In this document: positions 57,294 to 64,000 of the stretch, one piece after another | Numbering within the stretch: the stretch's first letter is position 1 | How the letters are laid out: every line of letters begins with the position of its first letter | IMG/VR virus record: IMGVR_UViG_3300028654_000012 | Coordinates: 52,674 to 116,673 of that record | Length of the DNA stretch: 64,000 bases | DNA from: a virus | Reading direction: 5' to 3' (one strand) | The notes under the pieces: generated by a model | What the model saw: only the letters and a program-made list of their open reading frames with translations | What the model was told of the DNA's origin: nothing | Database searches by the model: none | Position numbers and translations under genes: made by a program

Positions 57294-57498
57294 TATCTAC
57301 ACAACTCTTACATTCAGGTTCACTTAATCCGGGTAGACCCTCTTCTACCATCGATCTCAGAAGTTTAATAGTACCTATTAACAAAGGCACATTATCTACC
57401 GTAGGATTAGCTTCTATAGTAGGTAGAACCTCATCTAATTCTGCAAGGGGAATAAACATTATCGTATCCTCGTAAACTCTGACCACTTCGTTTGGCAC
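57259..57498 (-). CDS. Hypothetical protein
   Basis: GTG start; C-terminal CKSC. Confidence 0.5.
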   Translation of the reverse strand: MPNEVVRVYEDTIMFIPLAELDEVLPTIEANPTVDNVPLLIGTIKLLRSMVEEGLPGLSEPECKSCVDNEDYGREGENS

Positions 57499-57911
57499 TT
57501 AATACATTCAAACGTAATTGTATCTTTTCCCGAATACCACAACACCTTCTCACCGAAGGACGAACATTCTGGACATTTAGGACTACCTAGTCTGGCATCT
57601 AATTCCCTACTCGTAGTCGCTTCTGTCCACTTAGGATGTTTAAGAAAGTCCGGAGCCTCCGGTAAGAAGGTAGCAATACTATGTCTCTGCTTGTCATAAG
57701 CTAATACAAATGTCTTCTCTTTATATGAGAGAGAACATATGTTAACCCGATTACTTTGTTTCTGAAGTATAGAAGCTTTTCCCTTTTTAATAAGAGAACA
57801 AAGCTCTCGGTAATCAGACTTGCTTAGAGGTACTGAATACCTCTGTTGAGCTCTCTTGAGGGCGTGGAGTTGCTGGCACTGTTCCTTTGTCTTCATTGGA
57901 CTTTGCCTCAT
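57459..57911 (-). CDS. RelE/BECR-like pattern protein with C-terminal Zn ribbon
   Basis: HALKRAQQRY..YDK..IATFLP; CPEC..CIKC. Confidence 0.5.
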   Translation of the reverse strand: MRQSPMKTKEQCQQLHALKRAQQRYSVPLSKSDYRELCSLIKKGKASILQKQSNRVNICSLSYKEKTFVLAYDKQRHSIATFLPEAPDFLKHPKWTEATTSRELDARLGSPKCPECSSFGEKVLWYSGKDTITFECIKCQTKWSEFTRIR

Positions 57912-58641
57912 ACCATATCTCGCCTGACATCACAGACTTCATAATTATATCACTAACACTGTAGTTAGAATCCTTAATCTGTTCGAGATGTTTAGGTGAT
58001 TTATATAGCCAGGACATAAACGTTTTACGATCTTCTGGATTCATCCTACTTAACCCGTCCAAGATATCTACTTGAGAGAATCTGTAGTTTGTTTCCACCT
58101 TCTTCTGAAGCATACTAAAAGTTCTATGAGCGATCTCTTTATTAGGATGTGTCTCCAAGTTAGAGGAGATCATAGAGTAGAACTCAGGTGAGTGACCTTC
58201 AATAGGCTCTTTCTCCAGACAGTCTACTATGTATTTGATTATCTGAGGAGGAATACTCCCCGGATTATTAGCCAGGGGACGTATGATACCTCCGGCCAAA
58301 AGATCTTTACATCTACGGATATAGGTGGCTAGTCGGGCTGTCTCAACTCCCGTACCATAGGTGAGTAGCTCATCTTCTATCCAAATGGGAGCTCTCCACT
58401 TGACGACGAAGTTGGTATAGTCTACATGCCACTGTCGTTCACCCCTGACCCATCCTTCCTTTAAAGCCTTAGCAAAGGCTTCATAATGGCCCTGAGGTAA
58501 CTCTGCCCATCCACCCCGCTGGATGTATTCTAAGGCGACGTTGCGAAAGTATACGGGCCTTTTGAGGGCCGTAAAAAGTTGTAGCTGTCCTGGAAAATCT
58601 GAAGCTTCAAGTCTAAGTCGGGTAATATAAAAACCACTCAT
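57814..58641 (-). CDS. Hypothetical protein
   Basis: 275-aa ORF with GGAG RBS. Confidence 0.6.
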   Translation of the reverse strand: MSGFYITRLRLEASDFPGQLQLFTALKRPVYFRNVALEYIQRGGWAELPQGHYEAFAKALKEGWVRGERQWHVDYTNFVVKWRAPIWIEDELLTYGTGVETARLATYIRRCKDLLAGGIIRPLANNPGSIPPQIIKYIVDCLEKEPIEGHSPEFYSMISSNLETHPNKEIAHRTFSMLQKKVETNYRFSQVDILDGLSRMNPEDRKTFMSWLYKSPKHLEQIKDSNYSVSDIIMKSVMSGEIWYEAKSNEDKGTVPATPRPQESSTEVFSTSKQV

Positions 58642-58720
58642 CGCTTGCTCCTAATAGCATCAGCTATAGAAATTAATCCAAAGTAAATCGCGCATGCAAT
58701 AAACCAACATCCAAGTGAGC

Positions 58721-59014
58721 TCATGCTTCCTCCGGATGAAACTTTGCCATCCAATCTCTAATTCGTTTTGACTCTTGAGGAGTAAATTTAAAGTCTTCGG
58801 AACCTAAACAGTTCTCATAGATATACTTTAAAATTTCATCCGCCTGTACGCCGACGTCTTCTAAATCTTCGTTACAGTACTCACAGGGATAACTTTGTTT
58901 TTTCTCACCGGTCGCTACAGAGCACTTACGCTCATCTAGACCAATGTCGTAGCCATACTTGCATCCATGCTTCGAGCAACAGTGCTCGGTATGGACATCC
59001 GTTTCATTACTCAT
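58721..59014 (-). CDS. Cys-rich hypothetical protein
   Basis: HCCSKHGCKYG..C..CEYC. Confidence 0.6.
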   Translation of the reverse strand: MSNETDVHTEHCCSKHGCKYGYDIGLDERKCSVATGEKKQSYPCEYCNEDLEDVGVQADEILKYIYENCLGSEDFKFTPQESKRIRDWMAKFHPEEA

Positions 59015-59364
59015 AGAATTTCATAGGGGGCGTAACGCTCATTAAAAAATATGAAGCCCTGAATAAAGAGTAACGACATTGGATCTAATGGTTGGGATAT
59101 GAGTTCTATCTTACCATCTATTACTTCTTTCCGCTGGACGATAACGTTACTAGATGCGAGTCGAGGCATTAACTCTTGTAGCTTGGCCGCAATATTCTTT
59201 CCTACCTTCTCGCCAATCAAGGCTTTATTATTACCTACGAACTTGAGAATGATAGGTCTATCTATCTTAGCGTGCATCATTAGAGTCTTAAGTAAGCACA
59301 TGTCCTGGGTAGATATAGTGACCATTCTCTCAGGGTTTGTTTTAGGCAAAAGCTCAAAGGCCAT
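59011..59364 (-). CDS. Hypothetical protein
   Basis: ORF in block. Confidence 0.55.
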   Translation of the reverse strand: MAFELLPKTNPERMVTISTQDMCLLKTLMMHAKIDRPIILKFVGNNKALIGEKVGKNIAAKLQELMPRLASSNVIVQRKEVIDGKIELISQPLDPMSLLFIQGFIFFNERYAPYEIL

Positions 59365-59366
59365 AA

Positions 59367-59573
59367 TTATTCCTCTAACGTCTTCTCTAATAGATCCGCT
59401 ATCTTACCCTTATCAGCCCGCTCAACACAAGCGTAGCAGTCCGAAGCCCACGAATGACTATGTCTATAATCTTTTATTCCAGTAGCACAAGACCCATAAT
59501 TAACCTTGCTTTCCGTTTTAAGACGGGTAATAAGGTCTCTTATCTTAGCCATCTGCCGTTCAGCTTTGATCAT
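59367..59573 (-). CDS. Small hypothetical protein
   Basis: CYAC motif. Confidence 0.5.
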   Translation of the reverse strand: MIKAERQMAKIRDLITRLKTESKVNYGSCATGIKDYRHSHSWASDCYACVERADKGKIADLLEKTLEE

Positions 59574-59575
59574 AG

Positions 59576-60016
59576 TTATACCTTCTTAGTCTTGAGTCCC
59601 GACATTCGAATACGAACTAATTGAGGAATCTTGTCTGCTGGGTATAGAGGCAGTCTCTTCTTGATCTCTTCTACGACCTGATCAAAAGTTAGGCCTTGAT
59701 TAAGGAGTTCATCTGCTAATTTAGTTTGACCAAAGCGCTGATGAGATACTTTAGGTTCAGAGACTACCACAGTTGTCGTTTCAGAAACTTCTTTACGAAC
59801 CGTTTCTTGTCGAGCAGCTTTCTCCTGCCTTCTCATTTCCGCCTCAATGACTTTGTCGTCAGTAGGGTCTATTACAGGGTACTTCTCTAAAGCTTCAGGT
59901 AACATGAAAGCTCTACCTGTAAGAACACACTTCCAGCAAGACCCTGGATATTCTCCAGACATCTTACCGGGACAAGTATTACACTTTGCCCTTACAACAT
60001 CATGGTCTCTTTTCAT
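59576..60016 (-). CDS. Hypothetical protein, N-terminal Zn finger
   Basis: CNTC..CWKC. Confidence 0.55.
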   Translation of the reverse strand: MKRDHDVVRAKCNTCPGKMSGEYPGSCWKCVLTGRAFMLPEALEKYPVIDPTDDKVIEAEMRRQEKAARQETVRKEVSETTTVVVSEPKVSHQRFGQTKLADELLNQGLTFDQVVEEIKKRLPLYPADKIPQLVRIRMSGLKTKKV

Positions 60017-60489
60017 TGATCCTTCTTAAACGCTTTGAGTAGTCGAGGCACTGTTAAACGAGTTCTATTAATTTTATGGAAGAAGTCTAACAATTCCATT
60101 TGGTCTTTTGTTAACTTTCCTAGGAGCTTCATTTTACTATCTAACGGAAACTCTTTTAGAAGTAAGTCTAAATCTTCTGCAGTCATATTTACATCTTCTA
60201 CAAAAGAAGTAAGGCTAGTCATATAACTATTAAAAGTTACAGTGAGACTCTGTATCTGCCTCTCTTTGGCCATCATGGCGCCTTTAGCCTCATGCATTTC
60301 CCAAAGAGCATGATCATTCTTATCTACGTTAATAGATTGTCCTTTAGGCATGAAGAAACCGAGATGGTGTTCAGAAGAATCTTTCACGGTGTAAAGTTTA
60401 TTCCGCAGCAAGCCCCCTGACGATGGACCTATATATTTAAGAACATCATGAGGAAGTACTGCCTTCATTTCTCTAAGCGTCATCTTCAT
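60013..60489 (-). CDS. Hypothetical protein
   Basis: ORF in block. Confidence 0.55.
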   Translation of the reverse strand: MKMTLREMKAVLPHDVLKYIGPSSGGLLRNKLYTVKDSSEHHLGFFMPKGQSINVDKNDHALWEMHEAKGAMMAKERQIQSLTVTFNSYMTSLTSFVEDVNMTAEDLDLLLKEFPLDSKMKLLGKLTKDQMELLDFFHKINRTRLTVPRLLKAFKKDQ

Positions 60490-60907
60490 CTTTCTGGTCC
60501 TTGAGGGTATGAATCATTTCACTAGTCTTGACGTCTTCAAGATTAGCGAGGCGAACACTGGTGGGAGGATATACAAACCCTTCTAACTCTTTAACTTCTG
60601 GAGAAAACTTTACCGTGAACCCTTTACGAGGGCCTCCTGTACGGATCCAGCCTACTCTACCGATGGCTTTATCCATTTCAGGATTCCACTTAACTTTACC
60701 CCCGAAAGCGGAATCGACTTTCTTTTCTACGACAACATAGTCTCCGATCCCTAGATGTCTATCTAGCTTTCGGGGAGCGCAGTTAGGACATCCAGGGCAT
60801 TTGAGGGTGCAGACGTCGCATCCATTACACTCGCCACTTGAATAGCACTTAGCATTAAAGTCGTAACCTAAAGTCTTATCACCATTACACTCAGTAGCTG
60901 TTTCCAT
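60473..60907 (-). CDS. Cys cluster + SH3/KOW-like domain protein
   Basis: CNGCDVC..CPGCPNC; LGIGDYVVV..GRVG..FTVKF. Confidence 0.55.
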   Translation of the reverse strand: METATECNGDKTLGYDFNAKCYSSGECNGCDVCTLKCPGCPNCAPRKLDRHLGIGDYVVVEKKVDSAFGGKVKWNPEMDKAIGRVGWIRTGGPRKGFTVKFSPEVKELEGFVYPPTSVRLANLEDVKTSEMIHTLKDQKDEDDA

Positions 60908-60909
60908 AA

Positions 60910-61293
60910 TTACTCCACTACTATCTTAACACGTTGATGTGCTTTGGACATTAAATCGTCCCTAACTTCCCAAGCCTCAGTAATAATATCATCGAATCCA
61001 TGCTCACTATAATCTTTACCAATTACAGTTTCCAGAGTCTCCTCAAAAGGATTCTCAAGGTCATCTTCGTGACATCGGCCCATATACTCCATAACATCAT
61101 CGCAGCCATGGCGGTCGTCTATAAATTCCGCCATAGCCTCAGCTATCCAATAAGGTACTTTATCCCAATCTACTCTCTTCAATAGATCTTTTTCTACCGC
61201 CCCTCTAAAGCAGGGCTTGCAGTACGATTTGGATTTGTTTCTATGGAAAGTATTTAAAGTACAGCAGAGTTTATTCTTAGTTAGTCCAGCCAT
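60910..61293 (-). CDS. Protein with N-terminal LCC module fused to an acidic helical domain
   Basis: MAGLTKNKLCCTLN..YCKPC; probable start 61293. Confidence 0.6.
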   Translation of the reverse strand: MAGLTKNKLCCTLNTFHRNKSKSYCKPCFRGAVEKDLLKRVDWDKVPYWIAEAMAEFIDDRHGCDDVMEYMGRCHEDDLENPFEETLETVIGKDYSEHGFDDIITEAWEVRDDLMSKAHQRVKIVVE

Positions 61294-61843
61294 CGCCTTC
61301 CACCCACGTAACAAGAATGGTATGCTTACCGACCGTATGTTCACGGATATTCAATTGAGTCGTACCAAAGGGACCAATATCAACACGTCCCTGATAAAGG
61401 TTAGGATGATCCGTTAGCTCCTGAACTGCAATGTCTTGGAATTGTTTACGAACAGTTCTAGAGCCGCCGTCGATCTGGACGATATGGCGAGTACCTTTCT
61501 TTAAAAGAAGTCTAAAGAGGTTAACTAAAGTTCGCCTGACATAGCTATTAGGAGCCTTGCCCGACTTAACCGCACCTGTCTTAAAGATTCTTCGGATCTT
61601 AAAAGCATCCATATCTAACTTTACTAGTTCAGACAGTCTACTAAGGCCACTATACTGGCCGCTGACAATCAAAGAATTAGGAGTTAGGATCTGATAATTA
61701 TCCCCTACGACTCCGTACTGAGCTAAGATATATTGGATTACCGGATCGTCTTTCCGAACCTTATAGTTCTTGGAAGAGATGTAGAGCTTAGTAGTCCTAT
61801 CGAATACACCAAAATGAGACAGCCCTTTCGGATACTTATTCAT
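61277..61843 (-). CDS. Hypothetical protein
   Basis: GGAG RBS; 188 aa. Confidence 0.55.
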   Translation of the reverse strand: MNKYPKGLSHFGVFDRTTKLYISSKNYKVRKDDPVIQYILAQYGVVGDNYQILTPNSLIVSGQYSGLSRLSELVKLDMDAFKIRRIFKTGAVKSGKAPNSYVRRTLVNLFRLLLKKGTRHIVQIDGGSRTVRKQFQDIAVQELTDHPNLYQGRVDIGPFGTTQLNIREHTVGKHTILVTWVEGDGWTN

Positions 61844-61851
61844 ACACTCTC

Positions 61852-62178
61852 CTAAAATTTACATTCCTTACATCTACGATGTAGCTCAATCTCATTAGCC
61901 ACCACATCTACCTTACCTAAAACGGTTGTTAGTCTTAACAACTCTTTTAGATCTATAAGGGGAAGCTCTTTATTATGGTTATATTTCCTACGCTTCATCT
62001 CGTCGACCAACTGGGTATGGCGCCAAGAAATATCGCACGCATCTACTAATCCGGTACGAATATACCCATCTACTTTGATTCCCTTATTAATACTTCCCAC
62101 AAACATATGCATCTCAACATGTTCACCAAGAAGATGTTTGCGGCACATTTTAGAGGGATCTACCTTCCACATTCTCAT
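61852..62178 (-). CDS. Pyrimidine-dimer DNA glycosylase (endonuclease V-like)
   Basis: MRMW..MCRKHLLGEH.E..M..RH..LV.EM.RR.YNH. Confidence 0.75.
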   Translation of the reverse strand: MRMWKVDPSKMCRKHLLGEHVEMHMFVGSINKGIKVDGYIRTGLVDACDISWRHTQLVDEMKRRKYNHNKELPLIDLKELLRLTTVLGKVDVVANEIELHRRCKECKF

Positions 62179-62330
62179 TAGGAATCTCTATTACAATCGA
62201 CACAGATAGGCTTAGGAGGAAAATGTTCCCCATAGTTTAGTATAATCATATGATCTTTTATTACTCCATGGATCATATAAATGAGACAGCTTTGAAGCCA
62301 TCTCCATTTCATGGCGTACATAATAACCTC

Positions 62331-62855
62331 CTAGGTAGCTTTCAGCTGCCCGCGAATATTCTTTACGAACTCAAGCTTGTCATTCAGAGTGTCTATTACG
62401 GTGTCTACGTCAGGACATATGACAGGTATCCCGTACTTTTTAATGAAGGCAGTCATACGCTCATTGTTATCCGCGGATAACTCCATGTCGTCATCTCTAT
62501 AGGTTAGAGAGATGCCTGGAGCAAGAGGTACTTGGTAACAGTATTCCTTCATGTACTCAATTACATTACCCCACCTTCGAACAACACTTTTCCCCGTTGA
62601 AGCATGTAACGATAGGGCAAAGTTGCCTCTCTGACTATGATCTACCCAGTTACTAGGTAGAGTCCATACTTCCTGAGAGAGAAATGACCCTTTAAGAATA
62701 GCCCGCGCTATAGTCTTCTTAATATCATTATGGGCCTTCTGCCGTTTCTCAGAAGCTTTATAAGCAGCTCTATTTACCTCGTTCTGCTTTCTGAGAAGAA
62801 TCTTCATTCTACTATCTAAATAATTCATCTTGGCATCCTGGACAATCCTCTCCAA
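62331..62855 (-). CDS. Hypothetical protein
   Basis: GGAGAGG RBS context. Confidence 0.55.
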   Translation of the reverse strand: MERIVQDAKMNYLDSRMKILLRKQNEVNRAAYKASEKRQKAHNDIKKTIARAILKGSFLSQEVWTLPSNWVDHSQRGNFALSLHASTGKSVVRRWGNVIEYMKEYCYQVPLAPGISLTYRDDDMELSADNNERMTAFIKKYGIPVICPDVDTVIDTLNDKLEFVKNIRGQLKAT

Positions 62856-63051
62856 TACAAGTGGTAGTAGGATATAGTTTATTATATGCTGGCCAAATCA
62901 ACGGCGATAACACCGCTTCAACAAGAATTAATACAGAATGTGTTGATTCATATCTAAGACGTAATACTCCTCCGCGTCTGAGTAACTTATTAAAGTATCT
63001 CAAGTATTGGATCAAATACACTGCAGCTGCGAAGGCTAGGAGCGATTTCAT
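62812..63051 (-). CDS. Membrane hypothetical protein
   Basis: Two hydrophobic segments, C-terminal Cys. Confidence 0.5.
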   Translation of the reverse strand: MKSLLAFAAAVYLIQYLRYFNKLLRRGGVLRLRYESTHSVLILVEAVLSPLIWPAYNKLYPTTTCIGEDCPGCQDELFR

Positions 63052-63053
63052 AG

Positions 63054-63173
63054 TTAGTGGTAGGCGTCTATATGACGCTTAGTACATTGATGGCACATTG
63101 AGGTATCGGGATCACACTGCATACAACATAGCAAGTCTCTAACCTTACGATCACAGACCTGGCACCTTCTCAT
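63054..63173 (-). CDS. LCC-family B-box-like microprotein (39 aa, not in track)
   Basis: MRRCQVCDRKVRDLLCCMQCDPDTSMCHQCTKRHIDAYH; ATGA coupling to clpS-like gene. Confidence 0.7.
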   Translation of the reverse strand: MRRCQVCDRKVRDLLCCMQCDPDTSMCHQCTKRHIDAYH

Positions 63174-63454
63174 TGCTGGACCTTAACCTTTAGACCATCT
63201 GCTTCCAATATCATAGCTACCTCTTCACATCTAGTAGCAGAACCTTCTATGACAACCGCACTACCCTTATTGTGAATTGTAGTAGCAATAGATCTTGCCT
63301 TACCTAAAGCACATCCAGTCGCTTTGATTAAGGACTTTTCTACTTGGTCAAAGGAATGGCAACTGCAGTTAAACAAAATGGTACGCCAACCAGACCCTAG
63401 ATCTGTACCATCGGTTATCTCAGTTTCCTGATCGTGCTTTCCTTCTGTAGACAT
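63170..63454 (-). CDS. ClpS-like adaptor
   Basis: WRTILFN..HSFDQVEKSL..ARSIATTIHNKGSAVV. Confidence 0.75.
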   Translation of the reverse strand: MSTEGKHDQETEITDGTDLGSGWRTILFNCSCHSFDQVEKSLIKATGCALGKARSIATTIHNKGSAVVIEGSATRCEEVAMILEADGLKVKVQQ

Positions 63455-63529
63455 ACCTACTCCGTAAAGTTAAAAATGTACAACAAGAATACAAATTCTA
63501 CTAATAAAATTCCCTGAAGTAACGCTCTA

Positions 63530-63721
63530 TCACTCATTAGGATCCTCTGCAGCTACCCAAGGTTCCTTTACAGGTACTTGTCGTTTGAATACCCACCTCT
63601 CGTCGTAAATACCTCCGAAAGCCGCTTTACCGCTAGGTATAACTTGCACGAGCTCCCAACCATCTTCACCTAACTTTTTTAGATTAGCCGCCGAACTTGT
63701 TTGGAGATATTCCCATTTCAT
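63530..63721 (-). CDS. DUF4177-like small protein
   Basis: MKWEY..LKKLGEDGWELV..FKR. Confidence 0.75.
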   Translation of the reverse strand: MKWEYLQTSSAANLKKLGEDGWELVQVIPSGKAAFGGIYDERWVFKRQVPVKEPWVAAEDPNE

Positions 63722-63894
63722 ATAATAGCCCGCTGACGTTCATAATTGTAGAATAGATGTTGCCCATGCTTTTTAGATTTAGAGCAAGGGTGACGTGTAA
63801 TCCGTTTATTATTTCCACATCCTTTACAGATTAGTCTAAAACATAAGACGCACTTCCAGTAAGGACTTAAGGTGCAGCAGAGTTTCTTTTTCAC
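63718..63894 (-). CDS. LCC-family Cys-rich microprotein (58 aa, not in track)
   Basis: GTG start; KKKLCCTLSPYWKCVLCFRLICKGC..H..C..H; stop overlaps next ATG. Confidence 0.7.
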   Translation of the reverse strand: MKKKLCCTLSPYWKCVLCFRLICKGCGNNKRITRHPCSKSKKHGQHLFYNYERQRAII

Positions 63895-64000
63895 AAATTT
63901 TGCACGGCCACTAGTTATAAGCTGGCCGTGACTAACTTGATCTTAGGCGCTGACGTTCGCGCGCTGCAGGTAATTACCGATGCGGCTTACCGTAGACTGC

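Noticed and set aside
116-63894. Stop-codon recoding (TAG very frequent)
   Set aside because: Known enzymes are full length in the standard code, TAG abundance is mostly out of frame, and genes end mainly in TAA/TGA
1-64000. CRISPR array or mini-array
   Set aside because: No regularly spaced 25-45 nt direct repeats; the 21-mer LCC cassette copies are kilobases apart and coding

Overview
This window looks like 64 kb of a large, AT-rich dsDNA (probably tailed) bacteriophage genome in standard genetic code. It has two convergent gene blocks. The + block (116-42.7k) starts with a replication/recombination module: DnaC-like loader, DnaB, split primase, SSB-like protein, RecA, split SbcC/Rad50 plus SbcD, UDG-fused family A polymerase and dUTPase. 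Interleaved in it is a complete 7-deazaguanine (preQ0) pathway (folE2, queD, queE, queC) plus an adjacent P-loop kinase and TGT-fold transglycosylase. Then come transcription regulators (three sigma-like proteins and a NusG paralog) and very large virion-type proteins. The - block (63.9k-42.7k) is an accessory region with RuvB, a nucleotidyltransferase, a PmtA-like methyltransferase, thioredoxin, a papain-like protease, DNA ligase, MetAP, an IMPDH/GMPR-family enzyme, a DenV-like glycosylase, a ClpS-like protein and many Cys-rich microproteins. The strongest leads are: (1) a kinase + TGT-fold pair that could install 7-deazaguanine at nucleotide level; (2) a dispersed 'LCC' zinc-finger microprotein family, several missed by the ORF track and sharing a DNA cassette; (3) K-x-A-delimited SH3/KOW-rich polyproteins, including a sigma factor; (4) a phage-borne RseP + HtrA-like protease + sigma set; (5) a fixed-spacing promoter motif GCAACAA-N14-CGTATWA. 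No tRNA, rRNA, CRISPR array, intein, intron or transposase was supported. All calls are motif-based by eye, with no database searches.
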